Source: Macrostomum lignano
Lineage: Eukaryota
DNA length: 64,000 nt
Direction: 5' to 3'
NCBI GenBank assembly: GCA_002269645.1
Contig: NIVC01001340.1
Location: 62,001-126,000 of the forward strand
Part shown: one piece after another, positions 51,798 through 64,000 of the stretch
Numbering within the stretch: position 1 is the first letter of the stretch
How the letters are laid out: the number at the start of each line of letters is the position of its first letter
The notes under the pieces: generated by a model
Databases searched by the model: none
The model's input: only the letters and a program-made list of their open reading frames with translations
What the model was told of the DNA's origin: nothing
Position numbers and translations under genes: made by a program

Positions 51798-53489
51798 TTA
51801 TTCGTCAATATGCATTCGTTTAGCGCCGCGCTGGGCAGAAGCGCCGCCGTCCTTGCTAAGCGAGAACGACATGCGGATTAGCCAGTTGCGATCGCCCAGC
51901 GGCAGTTCGCTATGATTGGCCATGCAAATTGCGTCGAGAGCGTCGCGCGGATTAGTAAAGAATAGAAAGCCGCTTTTGTTCTCGCTGTTGAGAAACTGGA
52001 TCCTCTCCGGCTGAGGCGCCTCCGCCGTTTCAAGCATTCGAGCAATGTCCTGCTCCGTGGCCTCCGGCTGCGAGCCCCAGAAGTACACGACGGAGGACGG
52101 ATCGATCGGCTTGTTCTTTTTCACCATCTCGGGCGTTAGAAATCGATTGCGACAATTCCGACCGGAGATGTCGAATTCTTTAACAGACGGTGTTCCGTCT
52201 GGCAACGGCATAGCGTCGCGGACGTCTTTAAGAAGGCGTTGACGCGAATAATCGACGATAAGACGCTTACCAAGCAGCTGGCAGTTGTGCAGATAGTGAA
52301 CGCAAGCGTCGGCGGACCTACTATCTAACATTTCGGCCATAGCTTGGCCCCGAGTGCTGGCAAAGAATTTGATTCGGCGCACATTGCCATAGAGGCAGAG
52401 GACATTGAACAGACGGTCGCAGTTCATTCGCTCGCTTAGGCCAGACAGAAACAAGATATTGTTGCTGCGTTGGTTTGTAGCGGCAGCAGCGGCGGCGACG
52501 TTCGCGGTGGCTCCGGTACCGACGCCTCCTTGCTGCAGCTGATCCGGCAACAGGCCAGTGAGTGGCGCCAAACGTTCAATAATGCCCTGCGCGTCCAGAC
52601 CTGGCACGTTCAGAGCCGTGAGCTGCGACGCCAGGCCAAGCAGGCCGGAGACAACGGCCGCTGTAGCACCAGGCGCCGCGGCAGCTCCAGCCGACGCGGC
52701 GGGTTGCATCGAAGCGGCGTCGCGTCGGTTGACAAGTCCAGCGCCGCCTACAGGAGGCGGCCCGTCGAATAGGGCTACGCGACGCGGATCCATTGACATC
52801 TGCTGTTGCTGCTGCGGCTGCATGGAATTCAGTCCGGGTATCATTGGTGTAGTCTGTCGACCAGATAGCCACTCGTCTACAACGCAGCGGGGATCGCGAA
52901 CCACCACTCTGAAGACGTCGGGCGTGACATATTCGCAGCGCAGCGTGTTGCAATTAGCGTAGATATCGGCGCCATTCAGCTGAGGCTTGGCTTTGGCGGC
53001 TTCTTCGACGCTGGAAAATTCCACTATAGCCTGCGAGTCCATGACATTCTTAGTGAGGGTGACTCGCTCCAATTGACCGAATGAAGAGCAGATCTTCCTA
53101 AATGTCTCACAGTCAACATCTACGCGAACATTGAAGATAGTGAACAGTAGGATCTTGCTCGGCTCGTGGGCGAGATATTCCTTCTTTGGCTCTGTAATCT
53201 GGGATTGCTTAGAAAAGCTAATACCTACGGGCATCTCGCGAACAATGATTGTTTCGCCTTCGTTCTGACGCCTGATAAGATCTTCGGCTTCGAGCAAAGT
53301 GGCAAACTCCACGAGAGCTTGTCGACGCTGCGGCATGAGGAACAACTGCGTGACGCGGCCATAGTTCTCGAAAGAGCGCTGCAACTCGTACTCGCTAGTG
53401 TTGGACTGAATCTCTCGCACAAAAATGACACGGGACGGGTCAGCTCCTGGCGAGACGCCGCGCTTAATTCGCTTAACATCTGTGGACAT
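51798..53489 (-). CDS. hnRNP L-like four-RRM protein, paralog B (single coding exon, 563 aa)
   Basis: RQALVEF, ILLFTIFN, LNGADIYANCNTLRCEY, MNCDRLFNVLCLYGNV and RNRFLTPE...KN.I.PS.V match hnRNP L/LL RRM1-4. Confidence 0.93.
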   Translation of the reverse strand: MSTDVKRIKRGVSPGADPSRVIFVREIQSNTSEYELQRSFENYGRVTQLFLMPQRRQALVEFATLLEAEDLIRRQNEGETIIVREMPVGISFSKQSQITEPKKEYLAHEPSKILLFTIFNVRVDVDCETFRKICSSFGQLERVTLTKNVMDSQAIVEFSSVEEAAKAKPQLNGADIYANCNTLRCEYVTPDVFRVVVRDPRCVVDEWLSGRQTTPMIPGLNSMQPQQQQQMSMDPRRVALFDGPPPVGGAGLVNRRDAASMQPAASAGAAAAPGATAAVVSGLLGLASQLTALNVPGLDAQGIIERLAPLTGLLPDQLQQGGVGTGATANVAAAAAATNQRSNNILFLSGLSERMNCDRLFNVLCLYGNVRRIKFFASTRGQAMAEMLDSRSADACVHYLHNCQLLGKRLIVDYSRQRLLKDVRDAMPLPDGTPSVKEFDISGRNCRNRFLTPEMVKKNKPIDPSSVVYFWGSQPEATEQDIARMLETAEAPQPERIQFLNSENKSGFLFFTNPRDALDAICMANHSELPLGDRNWLIRMSFSLSKDGGASAQRGAKRMHIDE

Positions 53490-56489
53490 TGTGTCGCTTT
53501 GTGGTCTTTTGCTAACAGCTTTGAAAACAAAAATTGTCTAAATAAACTATTAATAAAGCTTAATTCGTCTGCGCTAAATAGTTACAGGTTGGTGTTGATA
53601 ACAATGATTGCGAATGACAAGGGAAGCGACGCGAGTGAGAGAAGCAAATTTCAACTTGGAAATATGAATTTTTACGCAAAAAGGTGCGGATAGGGTGATG
53701 TGTGTATCAGTTGCAGATTCAAGCCCAGGTCAGCGGTTGAGTTTGATGTCACAGTTCAGCTCTCGGAGTGATTTTGAGCTTCAAGTTCAGTTAGTCAAGG
53801 GCGAGAAACTCCACAGTAAATAGTGAGAGAGGATGAAAAGTTCAGTCATGCATGGTAGTGAACACAGGGATGCCAAGGCAGTAGAACACGAATTGCAATG
53901 AGTTTTATTGTTAAAAACTTTGCCTTGCAAACAAAGTTGAAGAGATCAATGCAATACATAAGGCAATTTGATTGCATTAAGTTAGAAGGAAATATGAAAA
54001 TGATAAGGACAAGCAACATTTCAAACTATTAGTTTTGTTAAATATTTGTAATATGTCAAATTATACCTTTAATAGAATATAACCTAAAAGCCAAAACCTA
54101 GTTATTTAAAGATAACAATAACAATTTTAAAAGTAGAATCTATAAAAGAAAGTGTAATTTTATTGACTTTTCATAAATAACTCCAATAGCACTCCCTGAA
54201 TTAAGTTGATTAATGCAGGTATTATATTTTAGAGTTAAGACTTAACAAAATAAGTGCTAGAACTTTCTTTAATGCTTTTAGAAAGTTCTAGATTTATTAG
54301 ACCTATGGCCTAGCTTTTATCTATCATAATACTTTGGGTATGTTATAGAGTCCCTACAGACTGGACATCTACTTGTGACAGATGTCTATTCAAATGGCAA
54401 GATAATAAGATAATAATTTTTAGTCAATTGGTTATTTTAAAACTTTCTAATAAAAAAATTTATAAATCATATTGCTTTATTATAATAGATAATTTAACGA
54501 TTTTTATCTTAAGATCAATTTTTTTTAATTTAATAACAAATAAGGATTTGCTAAGAAATAAAATTGCAATGGTAATTTTTGAATAGACAAATGAGATAAA
54601 TAAATCAAATATTAAGCATATATGATATACAAGCATTCTAGTCATTATTTAATTAGTGGTAAGAGTAAAGAGTAGCCTTTATTGGGCCCCAGAAATTTTT
54701 TAGGCTACACTATTTTAAAGGACTTGTAAACAAGACACAAATTATTTAATTTTTAGATTTTGCAAATTTAGGAATTGTATTAGAAAATTGTTTTTTTAGG
54801 CTTAACACTAAACTTTTTAAGAATAAAACAACTATAAGCATAAATATTTACTAAACAATGTCTATAAAAATTTAACTGTTGCATAGTTTATTACCTCTAA
54901 TATCTATTACCTAAAGCAAGGGTTAGAAAACTCTAGTTTGCAGGTGACCATGCAGCCTACAAAGCTTCTATCTTGCCCTTGGGTCCTTTGAAACTCCACA
55001 AAAGCAATCTAATCTACTCAAATGTTGTTGTTTTATCTTGGCTTTTTGCTTTCTAATATTTTATATAATCTTTTTTCCTTTATTTTCTTACCTTGCCTTT
55101 CTCTATTCCTTCTCCTTTCTTCCTATCCTCTAGCCTATAGTCATGCACTAGGTTCTCTATTTGCCCTATGAGATAAAAAAGTTTGCCAACCCCTAGCTTA
55201 AAGTAATGAGATTGAGCAAATCCAATACAAAAACAAAAAGAATATGAACTTAAAAGTCAAAACAGAGCCCATAACATTTGGTATTGATACTGATTTTTCT
55301 TCCAATATGCAAAAATGATGTTTATCACTTTCTAACTCAAAATGTTAGGTCAATATCTACTTTATCAAGGTAGAAATTGTCTATCTAAAATTTGTGATTC
55401 AAATCTCCCTTGATACTATTTAAATATAATTAAGAGATTAAGAGAAAATAATTAAGAGATAATATAATTGAGATATAACATAATATCATTATCACTTTTA
55501 TTTTCTATACAAACAAATTAAAAGATCATTCATTATGATTTTCTTGTCATTTAAGCATTTGACATTTTAAATAAAAGGATTGGTATAGAAAAATTAGGAC
55601 TTAATATATTGGGCTCCATTTTGATACTTGGGCTTTAATATTAGATTTAAAAGGATCTAAGCCTAGGTTAATTACAATAAAGTTACATTTTTAAAAAATG
55701 GCTTAGATATTTTGGCATACTGTATAATTTTTTTGTATATACCATTTTTGTCATAGGCCCCTATCTTTACAAATATTGATATACAAACTATACAAATTTT
55801 GGAATTTTGATAGAATTTTGATAGAAATAAAATGTATAATATAAATAATTAAAAAAATTCTTATATAAAGTAAAGATTTATTTCTATACTTTAAAAAGTC
55901 AATACTATAATTTTTATTCTTTACAATTAACAATGAAAACTATTTTTGTCTAGGCTAGGGCCTAGGCTTATTGTTTATGTTTTTTAAGTTTTTTATTTTA
56001 AACTTTTTAGTTTAGACTAGGTCTATTTGTTTAGGCTTTAGTAGACAAATATATAGAAAAAAATAGTCTAATAAGCTTATCTATTTAGGATTATATTTTT
56101 AATGACATGGCATTTTAAATCTAGTGCATTGTTAAACTTAAATAAAATATAGCCATAGGCTTAATTCATATAGCTTTGGCTAATCAGTTTTTATCAACAT
56201 TAATTCAATGTTAAAATGTATACAAAGGATCTAGCAAAAATGGGGTGGCTACACATTGGACTAGACAAGAAGCAAAATCCTGAATAAGATAGTTGACCAA
56301 AGACCAAAAGGTAAAGGCATAAGATAGGTCTAAATAAACAAATTATTATATAATATCATACTATTTTTTTTAGTTTATTATTTAATATATATTAGTCATA
56401 TACATTTTACATCAGTTTAATGTTAAGAAAAACCAATTAGCCAAAGTTATTTGCATCAAAATTAAAAAAATTAATTCATTTTACTAGTA

Positions 56490-57200
56490 ACCAGTCATTT
56501 TGCCCATAAACCGCTTCGGCCATGGAAATTTCCCCCCAGACCATTTTGCCTACAGACTATTTTAGCCATGGACCATTTCACCTCCAATTTGGACCAGGGT
56601 TGAAATGAACATGCGCACGATGATACAATTTATTATAAGCAAGGTTTAATAGTAGCCTCCCCCACTCTAGGGCTTAAACACAACAATCTATATATTAATG
56701 TATACTAAAATCACGATAGAGCAGAGATGTGCAAATTGAGCGTGAGCCGCGGACCATGAGCACATGTATTGCATTATTGGCTAATGTTTATACTTTATCA
56801 CGGTTTTATGCTTTGTGCTTTAATTGACGAGAAATATTTTCTTACTCTCTGATTGTACAAATTGGTTTAAATAATTGATGCACTTTTGAAAAGGAATGAC
56901 TTTAAAAAAACTCGTAATTTGATTCTCAATTCTAATAAACAAAATTGCAATAACACAATTGTTGTGGCAACAATTCAGATCATATTTTATTACAAATTAA
57001 AACTAAAAATTAGCATTGAAAAAAGAAATAAAGATACATGTATGGCTGTATCTCTAAAATACATAATCACCATTTTGGCCAAAAGGCCTGAAATGCCTGT
57101 TGCCAAACTGGTTTATGGGCTAAACGGTCTATGGGCGAAATGGTCTAGGGGCAAAATGTACATGGCCATAATGGTTTGGGGGCGAAACAATCGGAATTCA
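56490..57200. mobile_element. Foldback-like element with inverted arrays of ~20-bp GACCATTTYGCCC units at each end
   Basis: Forward units 56490-56590; reverse-complement units (gggcgaaatggtc, ggggcaaaatg) 57110-57200. No TSD resolved. Confidence 0.5.
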
Positions 57201-57749
57201 TTTTACTTAGGCCTAATATTAATAGACCCTAGTAGGCCTACAATAGGCCCTAATTAATAGGGCCTACTAGGCCCCTATTAGAATGTGCTTAATTAGAAAT
57301 TATGTCAAAAAGTTGCAATTTTATGTTAGCAACTCTAGTAGGCCTAGGCTAATAGCCAGTTTCATGTTAGCTAGCACTAGGCTCTTTTATAAAAATATAT
57401 AAATCTTTTCTAAGCCTGGGGCTTAGGCGTAAGCCTTGCTTGTTGCTTTGAATTATACTGCTAAACTAGTAGGTTTTTTTCATTAAAATTTTTATGCCAT
57501 TTGGCATAATGATTTTCAATTTGACATGCCATTAGCATAAATGTAAAATAGCACTTTGTGAATTGTGAGCCTATATTAAGCCTTAGTGTTTCCTTTCAGA
57601 TTCAGATAGGCCATCTGATGGGATGGGAGTGATAATAGCTTGCTAGTTTGGCAAATTTAGAAGCAAAAATGAAATTTGGAATTGGGGATTTAGCATTGGC
57701 AATTCGGCAATGGCATAATGGCATCAAAATCATTATGCCATTTTTAATT

Positions 57750-58365
57750 GGCAGTGCTTATTCCCACGGTACCGTAGGAATAATTTCTGTCTTATTCCAA
57801 TGGTACCGTAGGGATAATTTTCTGCTTAGGCCTATCTGCACGACACACTGACGAGATAGTTGCCCTATCTTCTACATATGCCGTGGGACGGTGGGAATAA
57901 TTTAGTACTTATGGTTTAAGTGCAGTATAACAACATAACTTTGCTTGGCCATTAGTTTAAGAGAAGTAAAGATTTAATTGCCTTTTTATGCAAAAACACT
58001 TTTTTGTATTTATGACGTATGATTTAGGCCTAAGGTAAACTGCTTTAGTAATTGTTTATAATTTGAATTTTTAGCAAAGTATAATCCGGAGATCATACCG
58101 AAAAGTGCATTGACGCTTCTGTTGTAGACTTCTACTAGACATGTAAATTAGCAATTTGTTTGTATAGATTATTGCATTGCTTCAACAATTTGCCCTATCT
58201 CGTCAGTGTGCCGTGCGGATAAGCAGAAAATTATCCCCACGGCATATGTAGAAGATGGGGCAGCTATCTCATCAGTGTGCCGTGCGGATAAGCAGAAAAT
58301 TATTCCCACGGTACCGTTGGAATAAGACAAATTATTCCTACGGTACCGTGGGGATAAGCACTGCC
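57750..58365. mobile_element. Mutator(MULE)-type MITE with ~150-bp TIRs
   Basis: TIR GGCAGTGCTTAT(T)CCCACGGTACCGTAGGAATAATT... inverted at 58190-58365; 9-bp TSD TTTTTAATT at 57741-57749 and 58366-58374. Confidence 0.88.
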
Positions 58366-59467
58366 TTTTTAATTTTGACATGTCATACATGCCTATGACA
58401 CAAAAAACCTAGCTGCTAAAGCATATTACTAGGCCTAAGGCTTTAGGTCTTATAGAACAAAACTAAATCTCAACGAAGGTCTAGTATAATATTATATGCT
58501 ACGCCCAGGCCTATATGAAGACACAGTTACAAAGTCAAAATGAACCAACAAACTAACTAGGCTAATCTTCTTGAGATACATACCGCTATAAATTATACGG
58601 GCTCACTGGCTTTGGTAATCTAAATATACTAAATCTCTAAGGTTTGTATGCTTGAATGCTTGTCCATCTAAGTATAATAAATCTCTAAATCGCTCTAATG
58701 TTAGTTAGGCCCTAGTTTGTTTGTGTTTGTTCATAACGCTCAAGTAAAAATACTAAAATTGATAATTTTTAAAACTGTCACAATAGTTTGGTCAGACTCT
58801 GTTACTTCAAGAAAACAAAGTTGATGCCCTAAATGACTGTCTTTTGATTTCAACTTTAGTTTTAGTAGCTCAAGCGTATTTTAAAACATTTTTTTAGAAT
58901 TTCAATTTTACTGCTCTGCTCGTATATAATTACACCTATTAGCTCTTTTGTTTACGCTAGGTCGACGAGAAAATTTAAATAATTAATTCATGGTCTATTG
59001 ATGAACTCAACTGGTTTCCAGTTATGCATTATTTCTCATTAGAATAGAAAAAGCACATGTACATACATAAACACGTCGTATTTTAATAAATGTAAGGAAA
59101 ATGCTATATGCGCTGGTACATGAATGGGCACAGGAATTTACTGCATCAGGCCAATTTGAACCATATACTTAGCTTCTAAGAGTGTTCTATATCTATATAT
59201 GTGATGTACTTTAACGTACCACATTTTAAACAACATATTACATGTTGTATGTATAGCCTGCATGTACACCGACAGGTCAATGTCCAAATTTTATGCCAAC
59301 ACATCACATGGGTTGCATGAAGTACGTACAGTTATAAAAACATTTTGAAATGATATGAAATTTTCTTGTTCTTCGTGTAACAAGGAAACAACGAAACAAG
59401 GGTTTCCAACCACTGGTATGCATGTTGTAAAAAAGCCGATCTGAACAATTAGCTCTCACGTTTCATT

Positions 59468-62010
59468 TTACAAGTAATTGTTGCTCAATCGTTCACCTAA
59501 GCGTCCCAATCGAGCCAAATCCACGTAGGTGAGAGTATTATGCAGAGTAATGTGCCTATAGGCGTCTGGCAGGCCTACAGTAAGCCGATCGCCCTCCCGA
59601 AGCTCTTCTAGCATGCTGACTGAGCAGCCGGAGCCCCTGCTGCTTGTTGAGTTTATAGCGCAGGCGCGTCGGACTTTGTTATTGACAGACAGCACCAGGT
59701 TGGCTGGCGTTGACAGGCTGTCAACGAGCACAGTCTGTGAGTTGTAGGAATTAAAGTCCGTGACATATCAATCTTGATGTTTGAGCTTTTGAAATCTCGA
59801 TTTTTGCACAAATTTTTTACGAGCTCAAGGCTTTCAAGGCTACTTGAATTGTAAGTTCAGAATTGTTTAACAGACCTGAGACCCCAACTACGAGTACATA
59901 TAGTAAACAACAAATACGAGTGTACTAGAATCAAGAAACTATCACCTGAGCCACCACCAGGTAGACACCGTGCTCAGGTATGATGATCTCTTTGCCGTCG
60001 CCATGCGCAGGGCAGCGCCGATCAGGGGCAGCGTCACCGGTGCAGTTCCAGGGACCCAGAGGGCCTGTACGTGGTGAGCGGTTTTTGCATGGTTTACCGA
60101 TTTCAGAATTCATGCACTTTGATAGATTGTTTTATTTTGTCACTGAAATTCTGTACATACAGTAGGTTAATGAAACGTTATTGTGCATCACCGAACTAAA
60201 TGGCTAAATTGCTGCCACTAGTGCAGCGTATAGTACTTTCAAAGTTAAGGAAATCGTAGAAAGTTTTCTATCTTGTGTAACTGTCCTTAGCAAGTAAACT
60301 ATCCGAGCCTTCAAAATCCAAGCTCAAAAAAGTTCCTACAAATTAAGTGTCCCGTCTATATCAAAACTTCTTCGGGTTGCTAATGTTGCCCTGAAAATGG
60401 CTGCGTTTTAATTGATGCTAAATGATTATACCCTAAATACACGATGTACTTTTACAGCAATAAATCAGTAGTGTCTGCATACCGGATGAAGTAACGTAGT
60501 CGCCATTCTTCATCAGGCAGGGCAACTGGCTGATGCCTACTGCAGTTTTGTCAGCTGGACAGGACGGCAGCTTCAGTGATTTGGTGTCGATAGCCAGGTG
60601 GGATACCTTGCGGATAAATTATTGGATAAGTCAAAATTAATTACCAGGAAATAAAGCAAAAGTAATATTAGGTGCTTTTTCCGTAAGTCTCTCTCGCACG
60701 TGTACTTACAATATGTCAGGCTGCTAGGCGCATAAAAATATTTTCTTAGAAACTCAGACTAAGACTCTCAGACCCATAGATGATCTCACAAAGACTTCCC
60801 CAATCCAGACCCAACGATCTCACAAAGACTTCCCGATCCAGAGCCAGGATCTCACAAAGACTTCCCCGATCCAGAGACACAATCTTCCAAAGACTTCCCC
60901 AATCCAGAGTCACGATAAAGACTTCCCCAATCCAGAGTCACGAAAGACTTCCCCAATCCAGAGTCACGATAAAGACTTCTCCAATCCAGAGTCACGACAA
61001 AGACTTCCCCAATCCAGAGTCACGATAAAGACTTCCCCAATCCAGAGTCACGATAAAGACTTCCCCTATCCAGAGCCACGATATCACAAAGACTTCCCCG
61101 ATCTAGACCCAACAAGGTGTCCCTAAGGTGGATCCCTGTTCCCTGGGCACTCGGGCCACCTCCCTAAGGTTGGCCGATCGCCTGGCCACGGCTAGCTCGA
61201 CCGGGTCTTTTTCCACCAACTCCATCGTCATTGTCACAACTGCGTGGCTTCAAAGCACAGGGAGAGGTGGGCTAATGCCCCCAACTGCCGGCAATCCCGC
61301 GCCTTCCTTCGCCCTCCACAGGACCCTACTTGGACTCACCGCCGGGACATCAGGGCAGGTAACCATGGCCGTCTAAGGTGACGAGGACTGCTTCGCTAGG
61401 CACCGCTACCTCTCGAGGGAATCAGCCTCTCCGGCGTCGAGAATGCGGAGTACTTCATCTGTGACAGCCCCTTGTCTGCTAGCTACCGAGCGAGCGACCA
61501 ATTTAACATCCTGGATTCTACAGAGGAGGACTGCGCAGTGGATACCGGCACCACCGGATCTCCTGGCCCGAGCTGCCCGTGGTCCCCAGAGGTTAGCGAA
61601 ATAGGCGGTGACACCTCCCCGCTAAATACGGACGCCCGGAGCCCCCTGACAACACTTGAGCCGTTCTCATGGCTTGATTACCTACGCAGGGTCACATTAA
61701 TTTATGGCTCTAGTAAGTATAAAAAACTGGCCAGATCCTTGTCATGCGATTCACTCCCAAAGAAGGCCAAAACCCTCAAGGAACAGAGCACCCAAGCGCT
61801 CACAAAGTGGCCCCGCCGTTGCTCCTCGTACAGGCTGCTTAAGGTGACGGAGAAGAGCGCGGTAAACATCGCCAAGATGATCAAGTTGACGGCGGCTCCT
61901 CCCACAGCCAGTCTGATCTTCCAATAGTCGCCGCCTCTTCGCTGTCCAGCATAAGAGCTGGAATGGTCGACGCCGAACTCACTGAACGAATATCGAACTG
62001 AATTGTGCAT
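59468..62010 (-). CDS. TNF-superfamily ligand (type II membrane protein, ~238 aa)
   Basis: Exons 62010-61804, 60606-60483, 60064-59946, 59734-59468 (phases 0, 1, 0). N-terminal TM LAVGGAAVNLIILAMFTALFSVTL; TNF-homology landmarks VSHL, GPW, EIIIPEHGVYLVVAQ, SVSMLEELREGDRLTV, LTYVDLARL. Confidence 0.8.
60778..61110. repeat. ~28-bp minisatellite (AGAGTCACGATAAAGACTTCCCCAATCC) in TNF-like gene intron 1
   Basis: Units read directly. Confidence 0.88.
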
Positions 62011-63629
62011 TGTTGCGGAGAAACATGAAGTTCTCTTTTTTATAAGCTGGGGGCTTTAGATTTCAAGTTTCGATATACATGTATACGCTTATATAAATTC
62101 ATTTAAACGCCACCAAATACAATTACTCTGACCGAATGTCTAAATATAGAAATGAAAAGCGAGCAATTATTAAACTTCGGTCTCAGTCTTGAGTAATTGT
62201 GTGCTTGAAAAAGCTCACAATATACTGGCTGGTGTACACAAAACCAAACCACCCAGACATGTGCAACAACAAAATCTGTGTTGTACAGCTGCAGTGACAA
62301 ACAGACGCAACCTGCTGTACTGTACATCTTAGGGTAGGTGTTCTATTTCATTTTTATGAAAGACTCATGATATATGTATCATGTAAATATATATGTGCAT
62401 ATGTAAATATACGCGTAGGAGGTTTTCATTTTTCAGCACAAAAAATTGTTATTGCTTTTGATAGTATCTAGAAGGGAGACCCAGTGTTCATCCAAGGACT
62501 ACTTAAACGATACTTAAGTAGTCCTTGTGTTCATCTTTTGATGTCTTGCCTTTCCTATACTCGTACATTGCAGCTATAGAAAATTAGGATTCTATTCATA
62601 CGAGTATGCTGATTATTGGGCATAAGAAATGTACATAGGATAATAAAATTAACATAGTATCTTAATTTTCTAAACTAAAGTTCTATGAATATCGATAGAG
62701 CTATGAGAAAGGCAAGACATGCTAAAAGATCGAGTATCTCTCCGTAATGTATTTTTCTCTAAAGCCAGCCTCCGAAAATTTTCCGAGAAACGTAGTGTCC
62801 TGTCCTTCTACTTAAGTAGTCATTGGTAAAGTTATGTGCTACTGCAGACAAACACTGCATGATCGTCTCTTCATAGAATTTCTGAATTTCTCAGGCTTCA
62901 GTCAACACACAAAACAGCACATGCTCCCCGAAGTCTTATAACGTTAACAATCTCTATTTTTAGCAACAGGAATCAGCACCCCATGAAGTAGGCGAAGTAC
63001 ATGTACTGTCCTGTCTCATAGTATGGGGGAATATCGATCAAAAGAATCGATCCGTGATCTAGTGGCCAACAGGTTTAAAAGATATTCTGTAATCTTTCTA
63101 TTGCAACGAAGTTTATTACGAGTAAATTGGTAAGAAAATCTCATATATTTACGCATGAAATTTGATCAACAATCGCATTTAATGTACAGTCAGATTTTTT
63201 GTTAATTCGAAACAGAACTCTATAATAGCGAGTATAACAAAACAGGAAAACGAAAGCTTTGTACAAGTGTTCATTTGATAATTAATAATTTTAGAAAAAT
63301 CGCAAAGTAAAAATGAATGCATCAAATTATAACAAATGATGATTTTAGCTCAACGGGTTGAAAGAGACAAAATTCGATAACCTATATGCTTTTATAGAAA
63401 CTGGCGGATTTTGAATACGCACACAGGATCAGTAGATTATTTTGCTAACACAACTGACTCCATGTGTACTTTGATACAAGCCATTACAGTAGCTCAAACA
63501 CATATCTAGACTTACAGTGCAGGTAACTCTGTCTGAGTCATCACGCGAGGCCTGAAAATCGGAGTCCAGACCATAGCAGATAAGGTTGTGAGCGTTCTAT
63601 GTCAGCTGCAGAGCAAGCCTAGGAATGAA

Positions 63630-64000
63630 AACCTGATTTCTACAGTAACAACCTTCTGATTACTACAGTAACAACCTTCTGATTGCTACAGTAACAACCT
63701 TCTGATTGCTACAGTAACAACCTTCTGATTGCTACAGTAACAACCTTCTGATTGCTACAGTAACAAACTTCTGATTACTACAGTAACAACCTGATTGCTA
63801 CAGTAACAACCTGATTGCTACAGTAACAACCTGATTGCTACAGTAACAACCTTCAGATTGCTACAGTAACAACCTGATTGCTACAGTAACAGCCTTCAGA
63901 TTGCTACAGTAACAACCTGATTGCTACAGTAACAACCTGATTGCTACAGTAACAACCTTCAGATTGCTACAGTAACAACCTGATTGCTACAGTAACAACC
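63630..64000. repeat. 21-24-bp minisatellite (TGATTGCTACAGTAACAACCT[TC]) running off the window end
   Basis: Units read directly. Confidence 0.93.

Overview
Eukaryotic (animal) genomic DNA, not prokaryotic, so most ORF-track entries are shadow frames or tandem-repeat ORFs. GC-rich exons, AT-rich flanks and minisatellite-filled introns resemble the flatworm Macrostomum (inference only). Spliced genes reconstructed by eye, in order: Delta-like Notch ligand (MNNL+DSL+18 EGF+TM, 5'-incomplete, +); unknown secreted/type II protein exon with a furin site (-); NCBP2/CBP20 (+); Y-box cold-shock protein (-); two tandem bZIP factors (Fos/ATF3-like and a divergent one, +); unknown 2-TM protein (-); degenerate cNMP-binding-domain protein (+); NIT2 omega-amidase (-); two tandem hnRNP L-like paralogs (-); TNF-superfamily ligand (-). 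Mobile DNA: a decayed RTE-like LINE, four TSD-flanked non-autonomous DNA elements (two nested in NCBP2 intron 1), two foldback-like elements and a tRNA-headed CORE-type SINE. About 25 tandem arrays occur, mostly filling introns, and several share core motifs. No CRISPR, rRNA or intact tRNA gene was seen. I found no clearly new biological system; the findings are hypotheses. Exon coordinates were read by hand and may be off by a few bases.
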